Assembly: GCA_045627085.1 (NCBI GenBank)
Contig: JAZQNB010000023.1
Coordinates: 14,591-78,590, forward strand
Source: Lachnospiraceae bacterium
GTDB taxonomy: Bacteria; Bacillota; Clostridia; Lachnospirales; Lachnospiraceae
DNA: 64,000 nt
Direction of reading: 5' to 3'
Shown: one piece after another, positions 9,139 through 19,222 of the stretch
Layout of the letters: each line of letters starts with the position of its first letter
How positions within the stretch are numbered: the first letter of the stretch is position 1
The notes under the pieces: generated by a model
The model's input: the letters and a program-made list of their open reading frames with translations, nothing else
Database searches by the model: none
Told to the model about the DNA's origin: nothing
Translations under genes and position numbers: made by a program

Positions 9139-10473
9139 ATGTATGAAAGTGATATTTATTCCGTGAATAACGAAAGCAGTACATCGCAGGGAGTGTATTC
9201 GGGTTATTCCCAACCACAATACACCGGTGCACCTGCACCTGAAACCAAGGTAAAGAAAGAGCATCCGCTGCTAAAGAAAATTGCCGTGGCTGCTCTGACC
9301 GGTGTTTTGTTTGGAGCATGCGCCGGAGGAACATTATATGGGCTTTATGCGGCAGGTATTATAGACTTCACAAAAGAAGTTGAAGTTCCGGTTACAAAGG
9401 AGCTTACCGGACCGGAGATCAGAAGGGCTCTTGAACAGGAAGGCTATACATTTGCACCCGGCAAAAACAACATTGAACTGATTCAGTCAAGCGTGTCGGA
9501 TGTCGTTTCAGACGTTATGCCTGCAATGGTATCCATAGTAAACAACTATACCGTAGTATCGAGCTGGTTCGGTCAAAGATTTTCACAGGAAGCATCTTCG
9601 AGCGGCTCCGGTATTATATTATCCTTAGATGATGACGAGCTTTTGATAGCTACAAATTATCATGTTATCAATCAGGCAGAGGAACTGATAGTAACCTTTA
9701 CTGATGATACTGAGGCAAATGCAAAGGTAAAGGGCGTTGATTCCGGAATGGACTTGGCTGTCATAGCCGTAAACGTTTCCGATTTGTCAAAGGAAACGTT
9801 AAATGCCATTTCCATTGCAAAGATAGGAAATTCAGATTCTCTTCGACTTGGAGAGGACGTAATTGCAGTCGGCAATGCTTTGGGATACGGGCAGAGCGTA
9901 ACAAATGGAATAGTTTCAGCTCTTAACAGAGAAATCGAGCTTGAGGACGGTTCGACCGGAACCTTTATTCAGACCAATGCTGCCATCAACCCCGGAAATT
10001 CAGGCGGAGCACTTCTGAACATGAAAGGCGAAGTGGTTGGTATTAATTCAAACAAAATAGGCGGGACAACAGTTGAAGGCATGGGCTTTGCAATTCCTAT
10101 TTCATCTGCCAGCCCTATATTGTCAGAGCTTCTTGAAAGAGAAACACGTGACAAGGTAGCTGATGAAGATCGTGGATATCTTGGAATTGCCGTTAATGAT
10201 ATTTCCGAAAGCGCTGCTTCCATGTACGGAATGCCTGTGGGCGTTTACATCAGCGAGGTCTATGAAGATATGTCAGCTGACAAAGCGGGATTGCTAAAGG
10301 GAGATATCATTACAAAATTTGACGGAAGTTCAATTACAACCTATGACGATTTAATTCAAATGCTCAGCTTTTATTCTATAGGTGATGAAGCAACTGTTAC
10401 TTATCAGAGAATGGAAAACGGAGAATATGTGGAACACACGACACAGGTGGTTCTCGGCAAAAAAGTAGGGTAA
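9139..10473 (+). CDS. htrA: HtrA/DegP-family serine protease (S1C) with N-terminal membrane anchor and C-terminal PDZ domain
   Basis: Triad contexts 'NYHVI', 'DLAVI', 'GNSGGAL'. PDZ-like 'GVYISEV..DKAGLLKGDIITKFDG'. One TM segment, 'IAVAALTGVLFGACAGG'. Confidence 0.9.
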   Translation: MYESDIYSVNNESSTSQGVYSGYSQPQYTGAPAPETKVKKEHPLLKKIAVAALTGVLFGACAGGTLYGLYAAGIIDFTKEVEVPVTKELTGPEIRRALEQEGYTFAPGKNNIELIQSSVSDVVSDVMPAMVSIVNNYTVVSSWFGQRFSQEASSSGSGIILSLDDDELLIATNYHVINQAEELIVTFTDDTEANAKVKGVDSGMDLAVIAVNVSDLSKETLNAISIAKIGNSDSLRLGEDVIAVGNALGYGQSVTNGIVSALNREIELEDGSTGTFIQTNAAINPGNSGGALLNMKGEVVGINSNKIGGTTVEGMGFAIPISSASPILSELLERETRDKVADEDRGYLGIAVNDISESAASMYGMPVGVYISEVYEDMSADKAGLLKGDIITKFDGSSITTYDDLIQMLSFYSIGDEATVTYQRMENGEYVEHTTQVVLGKKVG

Positions 10474-10476
10474 TAG

Positions 10477-10518
10477 ACAGTCCGAATCTGCTTAGCGGGT
10501 TCGGACTGTTACTTTTTA
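10477..10518 (+). terminator. Rho-independent terminator after htrA
   Basis: acagtccgaa / ttcggactgt form a 10-bp stem, followed by tacttttta. Confidence 0.6.
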
Positions 10519-10598
10519 TAAAAACTTTACTTGTATATTTTGTCGGTGATAATTAAAATATGAGTTAGTAGAACAGTATAATATTTAAGGATAAAAAT

Positions 10599-12161
10599 AT
10601 GAGTGAAGAAATCAAAGATGATGAATTAAGAGAATACGAAGATGTCTGTATAATATGTCACAGACCTGAGAGCAAAGCAGGCAAAATGGTTCATTTACCT
10701 ATGATGAATGCAAGCGTTTGCGTTGACTGTATGCAGAAAACCTTAGATGCTGTGGAAACCTATGGAGACAGCGGTATATTTGGAGGAGCTCTGCCTCCGT
10801 TTTTAAGCAATCTTGCAGGAATACAGCCACCGGAAAACTCTGATTTTGAGAAAGCTTCAAAGGACAATAATCCGGATGCAGCCGATGAAAACACGGATGA
10901 CGACAGTGAAGAGAAAAAAGATGAAACCAAAAGCGCTTCAGTGAAAATTCCTCTTTCCGGTTTTCCGAACATAAGATTTGTCAATATGGCAGACTTTATG
11001 GGCGAAGGTATTCCGGGAAGACAGAAGATCAAGAAGAAAAAGCCCGGTGAAGCATCAAAACCGGTCATTGATATCAACAATATTCCTGCTCCTCATAAAA
11101 TCAAGGCTGAGCTTGACGAATATGTAATAGGTCAGGATTTTGCCAAAAAAGTGATTTCGGTTGCAGTTTATAACCATTATAAACGTGTTGCAACAGGAAC
11201 AATGGACGAGATAGAGATTGAAAAGTCTAATATTCTTTTAATTGGACCGACAGGATGCGGAAAAACATATCTGGTTAAAACGCTTGCAAAGCTTTTGGAT
11301 GTTCCGCTTTCAATAGCAGATGCCACGTCGTTGACCGAGGCCGGGTATATCGGTGATGATATTGAGAGCGTGATTTCTAAATTATTAGCGGCAGCGGACA
11401 ATGATGTCGAGAAGGCTGAATCAGGTATCGTTTTTATAGATGAGATAGACAAGATTGCCAAGAAAAAGAACACTACTTCGCGGGATGTCAGTGGCGAATC
11501 TGTTCAACAGGGAATGCTAAAGCTTCTTGAAGGTGCAGAAGTAGAGGTTCCCGTTGGAGCTAATTCCAAAAACGCAATGGTTCCCCTTGCAACGGTTAAT
11601 ACCCGAAATATTCTCTTTATATGTGGTGGTGCATTCCCTGAACTTGAGGAGATTATCAAGGAACGTTTGAATAAGACATCAGGAATAGGCTTTAACAGTG
11701 AATTAAAGGATAAATACGACAAAGAGAAAAATATACTCTCCAAGGTTAAGGTTGAGGATATCAGGAAATTTGGCATGATACCTGAGTTTATCGGACGTTT
11801 GCCCATCATATGTCCTATGCATGGTCTTACTAAAGAAATGATGGTAGACATACTCAAAGAACCCAAGAATGCAATCCTTAAGCAGTATCAGAAGCTTCTC
11901 TGCCTTGATGAAGTCAAGCTTGAATTTACGGATGAGGCTTTGGCGGTAATTGCTGAGAAGGCAATCGAAAGAGATACAGGAGCCCGTGCACTCAGGTCTA
12001 TTATCGAGGAGTTTATGCTTGACATTATGTATGAGATTCCAAAGGATTCTTCAATCGGAACGGTTACCATTACCAAAGACTATATTGAGGGAAAAGGTGC
12101 ACCTCAGATTGAGCTTAGGAGTATCGTACTGGCTGTTCAAAATAGGGAAGAGCAACAGTAG
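10599..12161 (+). CDS. clpX: ClpX-type AAA+ unfoldase with a ~100-aa acidic/lysine-rich insertion after the zinc-binding domain
   Basis: CxxC..CxxC zinc module 'CIICHRP..CVDCMQK'. Walker A 'GPTGCGKT', pore loop 'GYIG', Walker B 'IVFIDEIDK', ClpP-docking 'GIGF'. 520 aa versus ~420 for typical ClpX. Confidence 0.9.
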   Translation: MSEEIKDDELREYEDVCIICHRPESKAGKMVHLPMMNASVCVDCMQKTLDAVETYGDSGIFGGALPPFLSNLAGIQPPENSDFEKASKDNNPDAADENTDDDSEEKKDETKSASVKIPLSGFPNIRFVNMADFMGEGIPGRQKIKKKKPGEASKPVIDINNIPAPHKIKAELDEYVIGQDFAKKVISVAVYNHYKRVATGTMDEIEIEKSNILLIGPTGCGKTYLVKTLAKLLDVPLSIADATSLTEAGYIGDDIESVISKLLAAADNDVEKAESGIVFIDEIDKIAKKKNTTSRDVSGESVQQGMLKLLEGAEVEVPVGANSKNAMVPLATVNTRNILFICGGAFPELEEIIKERLNKTSGIGFNSELKDKYDKEKNILSKVKVEDIRKFGMIPEFIGRLPIICPMHGLTKEMMVDILKEPKNAILKQYQKLLCLDEVKLEFTDEALAVIAEKAIERDTGARALRSIIEEFMLDIMYEIPKDSSIGTVTITKDYIEGKGAPQIELRSIVLAVQNREEQQ

Positions 12162-12214
12162 GGTGAAAAAATGACACCGTTTTCAGATAAAAAAACAGAC
12201 CAAAAATAAAAGAA

Positions 12215-12245
12215 AAGGTATTGTATCGTACAATACCTTTTTTTA
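12215..12245 (+). terminator. Rho-independent terminator after clpX
   Basis: aaggtattgta / tacaatacctt form an 11-bp stem with a 3-nt loop, followed by a T-run. Confidence 0.7.
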
Positions 12246-12330
12246 TAATGATAAATCGGTAGAGATATTTTACACAATTTCTGCCTGCATCCCAAAGCTT
12301 GCAGGCTGTGGAAAGGGCATTAGTATTAAA

Positions 12331-13419
12331 ATGAAAAGAAATATTAAGCTTATTATTATGTCGGCAGCTTTGCTGTCAATTTTGACAGGCTGTAATAAGG
12401 AAGAAGCACCTGATTTGGATGCCGTTATTGTCAAGGAAGATGAAGAAGCTGCTTACAGTGTTTGCACTCCGGCGTATGATTCTGTTATTCATAATGCAAA
12501 GCTCACCGCCAAATATGAAGCTACACAGACGGAAAATCTTTCTTTCCCCATGAGCAACAGGCTTATCACAGATGTCTATGTTAAAACTGATGACTTTGTG
12601 GAAAAAGGACAGCTGATAGCTGAGGTGGAAATGGGAGATATAGAGGACAGAATTGATGAGGAAGAATTCAATTTATCCCATTTAGAGCTTGAATTGAAAC
12701 AGATACATGAAAATCTGGATTTTGATTTGGAGAGTGCAAGAATTCGATATGAAGCCTATTCCGGCAAAACAGATGAAGACCAAAAGGCTTATAAGAAAGA
12801 AATACAGAATATCAATGACAGATATGCAAAGCAGATTCGTGACATGGAGGACCGCATATCCATTCGCAGGCAAAAGGTTGGACAGATTAATAAGGAATTG
12901 GAGGAAGGAAGAATTTATTCCGATATTTCCGGTCAGGTTATTTATCTTGATGGAAAGCAGAAGGGCAATTATTCTGTGGAAAATCAATTGATAGCTAAGG
13001 TTTCTGATATGTCCTCCAGTTTCTTTATGATAGACGGAACTGAATTCTCGGATTATTTCAAGGAAAATGAACCGATAACGTTCAGCTATAAGGATTCAGG
13101 AAAAAGCTATGAAGGAATCGGCTATCCCAAGCAAAAGGATTCATGGGAAGAGCTGGGCAAAATATATATACTTCCCGAAACAGACAGAAACATTAACAGC
13201 GGAGCAACTGCCACAATATATGTTGAACTCGGAAGGAAGGACAATGTTTTATGCATTCCCAATGATGCAATACATACTTCTGACAGCGGACCGTTTGTGT
13301 ATTTAGATGTAGACGGCATGCTGGAAATGAGATACATAAAGCTTGGACTTGAAGGCGATGAGAAAACGGAAATTTTGGAAGGCCTTTCAGAAAATGACAT
13401 AATAGCAATTAAAAAATGA
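12331..13419 (+). CDS. HlyD/MacA-like membrane-fusion (periplasmic adaptor) lipoprotein, paralog 1
   Basis: Lipobox 'LSILTGC'. Lipoyl-like hairpin 'VKTDDFVEKGQLIAEVE', long E/K/L-rich coiled-coil, beta-barrel tail '..VYLDVDGMLEMRYIKLGLEGDEKTEILEGLSENDIIA'. Confidence 0.75.
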   Translation: MKRNIKLIIMSAALLSILTGCNKEEAPDLDAVIVKEDEEAAYSVCTPAYDSVIHNAKLTAKYEATQTENLSFPMSNRLITDVYVKTDDFVEKGQLIAEVEMGDIEDRIDEEEFNLSHLELELKQIHENLDFDLESARIRYEAYSGKTDEDQKAYKKEIQNINDRYAKQIRDMEDRISIRRQKVGQINKELEEGRIYSDISGQVIYLDGKQKGNYSVENQLIAKVSDMSSSFFMIDGTEFSDYFKENEPITFSYKDSGKSYEGIGYPKQKDSWEELGKIYILPETDRNINSGATATIYVELGRKDNVLCIPNDAIHTSDSGPFVYLDVDGMLEMRYIKLGLEGDEKTEILEGLSENDIIAIKK

Positions 13420-14561
13420 GGACAGACATGAAAAAACATAATGCGTTTTTCATTCTTTTGATGGCAGGTATACTGGTAATGTCCGGTTGCGCGGGAAAGA
13501 ATGATATAGAGAAAACAATAATAGAACTGAAGGAATCGGATTTCGACCGCCCACAGACAGTTACAGTCGAAAAAGGAGATATTCAAACCTACCGTACCTA
13601 TCAATCATCCATTGGACCAAAGATTGAGCAATTGAAGTTTAAATACGAAGGATGCTTTGACAATTTCACCGTGGATATAGGAGAAGAGGTTAAAGAAGGT
13701 CAGATTTTGGCCTCGGCGGACACGAAAGCCCTGCGCGATTCCATTCAGAACAAGAAAAAAGAAATTGAAAATCTTAAGTCTGAATACGAGTTTAACGTAA
13801 AGGAAATCAATTTAGACAAACAAATGGCTCAACTCGAATTGGATACCTGCAGAAAAAGGCTGGATACCGAAACACTTTCAAGCTCGGATTATTCAGATAT
13901 TTGCTATGAAGCAGGAGAGTATGATGAACAGATTAAAAGGCTTGATCTTGATTTAAAGCAGCTCAAAGAAACCTTTGATTTGGAAAACAATCATGCCAAT
14001 GAACAATTGCGAAAGCTTAATTTAGAGCTTGAAGGAAGCGAAATAGTATCCCCGTATGATGGAGTAGTGGTTGCTCTTTATGATTCTCAGCACGGCGACT
14101 ATATCGACAAAAACAAATATTATGTAGCGGTTGCCGATGTGAATACATATTATGCGCGTTGCATATCCGAAGGAATCAGCCTGATTAAAAACAGCATCAG
14201 AATGGAATTATGGCAGTCAGGCAAAGTATATGAGGCAAAATATATTCCAAGACCTGACAGCTATTATCAGGAAATGCGCAATTCCAATGAACAGCAATAT
14301 GATGAATTTGAGATAAATAACGAAAATAATGAATTGTCCTTTGGCGATGTGGGCTATATCAGGTATATTTTGAACGAGCACACAGACGCAATATATATTC
14401 CGATAAACTGTCTTTATACGACAAACGGAGAAATGTATGTCTATAAAGACGAAGGCGGCAATAGAATAAAAACATTGGTAAAGACTGATTTGCGAAATGA
14501 TTTATACGTAGAAATAACCGATGGTCTTAAGGAGGGAGATGTGATTTATGTCCAGGATTAA
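13416..14561 (+). CDS. HlyD/MacA-like membrane-fusion lipoprotein, paralog 2
   Basis: Lipobox 'LVMSGC', 'VDIGEEVKEGQILASAD', a coiled-coil, and tail 'VYKDEGGNRIKTLVKTDLRNDLYVEITDGLKEGDVIYV'. ATGA overlap with the upstream stop; ATG 13428 is an alternative start. Confidence 0.75.
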   Translation: MRTDMKKHNAFFILLMAGILVMSGCAGKNDIEKTIIELKESDFDRPQTVTVEKGDIQTYRTYQSSIGPKIEQLKFKYEGCFDNFTVDIGEEVKEGQILASADTKALRDSIQNKKKEIENLKSEYEFNVKEINLDKQMAQLELDTCRKRLDTETLSSSDYSDICYEAGEYDEQIKRLDLDLKQLKETFDLENNHANEQLRKLNLELEGSEIVSPYDGVVVALYDSQHGDYIDKNKYYVAVADVNTYYARCISEGISLIKNSIRMELWQSGKVYEAKYIPRPDSYYQEMRNSNEQQYDEFEINNENNELSFGDVGYIRYILNEHTDAIYIPINCLYTTNGEMYVYKDEGGNRIKTLVKTDLRNDLYVEITDGLKEGDVIYVQD

Positions 14562-15723
14562 TATTAAGAAATCAATTTCTCTTTTAGTGTTGCCGACTGC
14601 TATGAGTCTGATGCTTACAGGCTGCACACTTCCGTCTTTTCTTGTTACCGATACAGGAAGCAGCAAGCAGAACAAGACGGTGAAGGAAGACTATTTATAC
14701 ACAAAAGCTCTTTCCGATGACAATTCTTCCAAAAATGAATATAAGATATTAAAGCTTGAGAAAAGCACATTTGAAAGAGAGGCACAAAGACAGACCTTAC
14801 AAAGAAAGTATTATGCACCGGTTGTGAGCTTTGACCTCGAAGGACATGAAGCCAAATTCGGTGATTATGTCGCAGATTTCGGAGATTATGTTGAAGTGGG
14901 AGATACCATAGCTACCTTCCATACCAATGTGGATGAAGTCGGAATAAACGAAGCAAAGCTTCGCCTTGAAAGATTAAAGGAAGATTATGCCGATGCCTGT
15001 GTTAAGCACGAGGAAGAGGTTGAGAAATTTAACGACGAGCATGCATATGACTGTTATGAATATCAGATTGCAAAGGCAAAGATTTTGAAGGAACAGATGG
15101 ATTTACGTTGGGAAAGAACGGTAAATTCATATGAAAATCAGATAAGCGAGGCACAGAAAAACTATAACGAGATTAGCAAAGTAGGAAGTATATACGAATT
15201 AAAGACCAAGATTGCCGGAAGAGTATATATGACAAAGGGATTAAAACCCGGAGAAAAAGTAAAATACGGTGATTACGTCTGCAACATAATAGATTCCGAG
15301 GATGTGTTTTCAAATACTGATGTTGAACAACAGTTTTTCGGTTATGGAATGCAGGTTACCATGAAATATAATGATAACGAGGTTCCCGCAACCGTAGTTA
15401 CGGGCGGTGTCGCAGGACTTTATGGCAATCTTGATCCGACTAAAGCAGTATTTAAGCTGGATATAACGGCAACCCCTGATGTGGCTGATTTTTACTGGGA
15501 CGGACGTTCTTCCATGACCTTAAACGGTAATACGGTATCCATTCCGAATGTTATTAAGGTGCCCGAAGAGGCAGTAACAAAGGATGAGAATGACTGTTAT
15601 GTTACCGTTATGCGTGAGGATGGAAGCTTCGTAAAGACCAAGTTTATCCCGGGCGGCTCCAATCAGTTTGATTACTGGGTATTGGAAGGCTTGGAAGAAG
15701 GAATGACCATTGTATATAAGTAG
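14548..15723 (+). CDS. HlyD/MacA-like membrane-fusion lipoprotein, paralog 3
   Basis: Lipobox 'LMLTGC', 'VEVGDTIATFHT', a coiled-coil, and tail 'VTVMREDGSFVKTKFIPGGSNQFDYWVLEGLEEGMTIVY'. Overlaps the upstream gene by 14 nt. RBS GGAGGGAG. Confidence 0.7.
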   Translation: MSRINIKKSISLLVLPTAMSLMLTGCTLPSFLVTDTGSSKQNKTVKEDYLYTKALSDDNSSKNEYKILKLEKSTFEREAQRQTLQRKYYAPVVSFDLEGHEAKFGDYVADFGDYVEVGDTIATFHTNVDEVGINEAKLRLERLKEDYADACVKHEEEVEKFNDEHAYDCYEYQIAKAKILKEQMDLRWERTVNSYENQISEAQKNYNEISKVGSIYELKTKIAGRVYMTKGLKPGEKVKYGDYVCNIIDSEDVFSNTDVEQQFFGYGMQVTMKYNDNEVPATVVTGGVAGLYGNLDPTKAVFKLDITATPDVADFYWDGRSSMTLNGNTVSIPNVIKVPEEAVTKDENDCYVTVMREDGSFVKTKFIPGGSNQFDYWVLEGLEEGMTIVYK

Positions 15724-15740
15724 AAAGGCAAAATAAAGCT

Positions 15741-18539
15741 ATGTTTTCTTTAATGTTACATAAATTATTGCATAAAAAATGGATGGTTCTGTGTCTGCTC
15801 TTAGGAAATATTCTTCTTATAGCTGTTGCTGCATGCTATCCGATGTATCGTGTTTCCTCATTCCAGAGAATGCTTACCGATGAATTTGATGCATCCTACG
15901 AGGAAACGGGAAAATGGCCGACGACAACAACAGTGACATATATGACTTTGTTTGGCGGAGCCAAAATCGGATTTGGAAATATGGAAATTGCAGCGGACGA
16001 GTCCACCGAGGATATGGGATATTCGGTAATTGACAGAATAGTAAAATACCGTCTTTCCACCCAAAAGACACTGGCTACCATCATAAGGGACGAAAAGGAT
16101 GAAAAAAGAATTACCCTGGGCGCTGCATCTGATTTTGAGAATCACATTGAAGTAATCTTCGGACGACTTCCGAGTGCCGGGTTAGATGCGGACGGCTGCA
16201 TAGAGACAATTGTTTCTGATGAGGCCATGATTGCGCAGGATATTCTTATTGGCGATGAATACATATATCAGAATGTAAAGCTTGCGGATGACACACCTCT
16301 TAAGCTTAAGATTGTCGGCATATTTAAAGCTCAGGATATAGATGATTTATATTGGAATCCTGTTAAAGATTATCTGAAGGAAGAAGTATTTACCACAGAA
16401 GACAATTTTAAAGAGTTCTTCTGGGGAGAAGACAAGGAAAATAAATTTTCCATGAGTGCATCATGGACTTACATATGGGATTACAAGAAGCTTGATATTT
16501 CCGAAGTCAGTTCGCTTATATATAAAATGGCAAGAACCGATAAGGATACTCTGTTAGGAAACAGAATTAAGTTTGCTGAGTCACAGAAAATACTGGAGGA
16601 TTATTCTCAAAAAGCAAAAAGGATTGAAGCAACATTGCTTATTTTGCAAGTACCCGTGCTCATATTGTTATGTGCATTTCTGTATATGATTGCAGGGCAA
16701 ATGCTTCAGATGGAGAGAAATGAAATCTCACTTATGCGTTCAAGAGGAGCATCAAAGAAACAGGTGATTCGTCTGTATTTTATGCAAAGTACGTTCTTAA
16801 GCGTCTGTTCTTTGGTTCCCGGAATTCCTTTGGCTACAGTATTTTGCAAATTATTGGGTTCAGCCACGGCATTTTTAGAGTTTGCGGCTACCAGAAATTT
16901 ACCTATAAAATTTACCGGCGACATAATTTTGTATGCCGGCGGCGCTGTGATATTATCTGTAATTATGACAACCATTCCTGTTATTTCATACAGCAGGGAT
17001 TCGATTGTAAATGTAAAACAGGGAAAATCCAGAGAAAAGAAATCATTGTGGAAACGCATATATTTGGATTTTATCCTTATAGCTATATCCCTTTACGGCT
17101 ATTACAGCTTTAGCCGTTCGCAGGACAGAATGATATTGGATGTTCTCACAGGAGAGTCCCTTGACCCCCTCCTGTATATAAGCTTTTCACTCTTTATATT
17201 GGGAATGGGACTCTTTTGTGCAAGAATACAGCCGCTGTTACTGAAATTGATATTTAAGATTTCAAAGAAGCGATTGAAACCGTCAACTTATGCTTCCCTT
17301 CTCGGGAGCATAAGAACAGGCGGCAAACAGGAATTTATCATATTATTTATGATAATGACTGTGTCCATAGGTATTTCGGACACAATGATAGCCAGAACCA
17401 TTGTAACCAACGCTGTTAACAATACAAAGCATATAATCGGAACAGATATTGTTGTCAAGGAAAAATGGGGTGACAATAAAGCCATGCTTTCCCGTGATGC
17501 CTCTCTTGCACTTGCATATTACGAACCTGATTATGGCAAATTTTCTACTATAGATGGTGTTACTGAAGTAACGCAGGTACTCAAGGATACAAAGGCTAAG
17601 GTCTCCTCCAAGAAGCTGACGGTTACATTACTCGGTATCAGACCGGCCGGGTATTACAAAGTAACGGATATGAAAGAGGGACTGTTACCATATGATTATT
17701 CCGATTATCTGAATGTAATGTCGACGGACTCGCAGGCAGTGTTACTTTCCGAGAATTTTATGACCAAAATGGGTTATAAGCTGGGTGATGTTATTTCCTA
17801 TGAGAATTCGGACGGAAACGGCGCTGTCGGATATGTATACGGTTTCTTTAATTATTGGCCTACCTACAGGACTGAGACATATTCGTTAAACGAGGATGGT
17901 TCAGTCGATACTTCAGATGATTACATGATAGTTGCGAATCTGACATATTTGCAGAAAAAATGGGGAGTAACTCCTTATGAAGTATGGATGAAGGCTGAAG
18001 ACGGAGGAAAGGGCTTCTACAGTTGGCTTGACAATCAACCGGGTATGAAGCTGACCAAGCTTTTAAATATGAGTGAAAAAGAAGAAGAGATTGTGGAGGA
18101 TACAATGTTCCAGGGAACGAATGGAATCCTTTCGATGAGCTTTATTGTTATTTTACTCTTGTGTGTTGTCGGTTACTTGATTTACTGGATTATGTCCATT
18201 CGCTCACGAGAACTGTTATTTGGTGTTTTACGTGCAATGGGAATGAAAAAAACCGAAGTAAACTGGCTGCTTATAGTTGAACAGCTTTGCTCAGGATTTT
18301 ATGCAATTGTAGCAGGAGGATTTATCGGAATCCTGTCTTCAAAAATGTTTGTGCCAATGATTCAGCAGGCATATGCGGCAAGTGAACAGGTTTTGCCACT
18401 TGAACTTATCACAAAAGCAGGAGATATGATTCAGCTATTCGCCGTCATTATCGGTGTATTGGCATTATGCCTGATAGTACTTGGCCGAATTGTATCAAAG
18501 ATGAATATTTCAAATGCACTTAAGCTGGGGGAGGACTGA
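15741..18539 (+). CDS. ABC transporter permease with two FtsX/MacB-type domains and large extracytoplasmic domains
   Basis: 932 aa. Two FtsX-like modules: '..MERNEISLMRSRGASKKQVIRLYFMQS..' and '..IRSRELLFGVLRAMGMKKTEVNWLLIVEQ..', each preceded by a long soluble region. Confidence 0.85.
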   Translation: MFSLMLHKLLHKKWMVLCLLLGNILLIAVAACYPMYRVSSFQRMLTDEFDASYEETGKWPTTTTVTYMTLFGGAKIGFGNMEIAADESTEDMGYSVIDRIVKYRLSTQKTLATIIRDEKDEKRITLGAASDFENHIEVIFGRLPSAGLDADGCIETIVSDEAMIAQDILIGDEYIYQNVKLADDTPLKLKIVGIFKAQDIDDLYWNPVKDYLKEEVFTTEDNFKEFFWGEDKENKFSMSASWTYIWDYKKLDISEVSSLIYKMARTDKDTLLGNRIKFAESQKILEDYSQKAKRIEATLLILQVPVLILLCAFLYMIAGQMLQMERNEISLMRSRGASKKQVIRLYFMQSTFLSVCSLVPGIPLATVFCKLLGSATAFLEFAATRNLPIKFTGDIILYAGGAVILSVIMTTIPVISYSRDSIVNVKQGKSREKKSLWKRIYLDFILIAISLYGYYSFSRSQDRMILDVLTGESLDPLLYISFSLFILGMGLFCARIQPLLLKLIFKISKKRLKPSTYASLLGSIRTGGKQEFIILFMIMTVSIGISDTMIARTIVTNAVNNTKHIIGTDIVVKEKWGDNKAMLSRDASLALAYYEPDYGKFSTIDGVTEVTQVLKDTKAKVSSKKLTVTLLGIRPAGYYKVTDMKEGLLPYDYSDYLNVMSTDSQAVLLSENFMTKMGYKLGDVISYENSDGNGAVGYVYGFFNYWPTYRTETYSLNEDGSVDTSDDYMIVANLTYLQKKWGVTPYEVWMKAEDGGKGFYSWLDNQPGMKLTKLLNMSEKEEEIVEDTMFQGTNGILSMSFIVILLLCVVGYLIYWIMSIRSRELLFGVLRAMGMKKTEVNWLLIVEQLCSGFYAIVAGGFIGILSSKMFVPMIQQAYAASEQVLPLELITKAGDMIQLFAVIIGVLALCLIVLGRIVSKMNISNALKLGED

Positions 18540-18541
18540 TT

Positions 18542-19222
18542 ATGGGTGAGATTATTTTACAGACAAATGAATTGGTTCGTTCCTTCCCGGTTGCCGGCGA
18601 AAAACCTTTTAGAGCAGTTGACCGTGTGTCAATCGCGGTTCCAAAAGGCAGCCTATGCATTTTGAAAGGACGTTCAGGCTCCGGAAAAACCACACTTATC
18701 AATATGCTTGGAGCACTGGATTATCCGACATCCGGGAGCATTTTGTTTGAGGGTAACGATATTACCAAATGGAGCGAGAACAAGCGGGAGTCGCTCCGCC
18801 GTGAGAAAATAGGATTTGTGTTCCAGTCCGTTTCTCTGATACCTATGATGACTGCTTATGAAAATGTTGAATTTGCACTTAGAATGGCAGGAAATGTGAA
18901 GGACAAAAATAAACGTGTAGAGGAATGCTTAAAGATGGTCGGTCTTGGCGGGCGTATGCACCATATGCCACAGGAGATGAGTGGCGGTGAACAGCAAAGA
19001 GTTGCCATAGCGCGTGCAGTTGCACATCACCCCTCAGTGATTTTTGCCGATGAACCGACTGCCGAGCTTGATTCACATACAGCATTAAGTGTTATGAACT
19101 TGTTCAAGGAAATGGTAGAAAAAGAAAATGTTACTATTATTATGACCACTCATGATACCTCCCTTATGGGCGCGGGTGATGTGGTTTATGAGTTGGAAGA
19201 CGGAAAGCTGGTGACAGGATGA
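18542..19222 (+). CDS. ABC transporter ATP-binding protein (MacB/LolD-type NBD)
   Basis: Walker A 'GRSGSGKTT', signature 'MSGGEQQRVAIARA', Walker B 'VIFADEPT', H-loop 'TTHD'. Confidence 0.9.
   Translation: MGEIILQTNELVRSFPVAGEKPFRAVDRVSIAVPKGSLCILKGRSGSGKTTLINMLGALDYPTSGSILFEGNDITKWSENKRESLRREKIGFVFQSVSLIPMMTAYENVEFALRMAGNVKDKNKRVEECLKMVGLGGRMHHMPQEMSGGEQQRVAIARAVAHHPSVIFADEPTAELDSHTALSVMNLFKEMVEKENVTIIMTTHDTSLMGAGDVVYELEDGKLVTG

Noticed and set aside
13122-13604. Long antisense ORFs: 13122-13604, 40447-41088 (213 aa), 46768-47337 (189 aa), 5515-5973 and 31982-32479
   Set aside because: All lie fully inside strongly supported opposite-strand genes, have Ser/Leu/Ile-rich shadow composition, and have no domain signatures.
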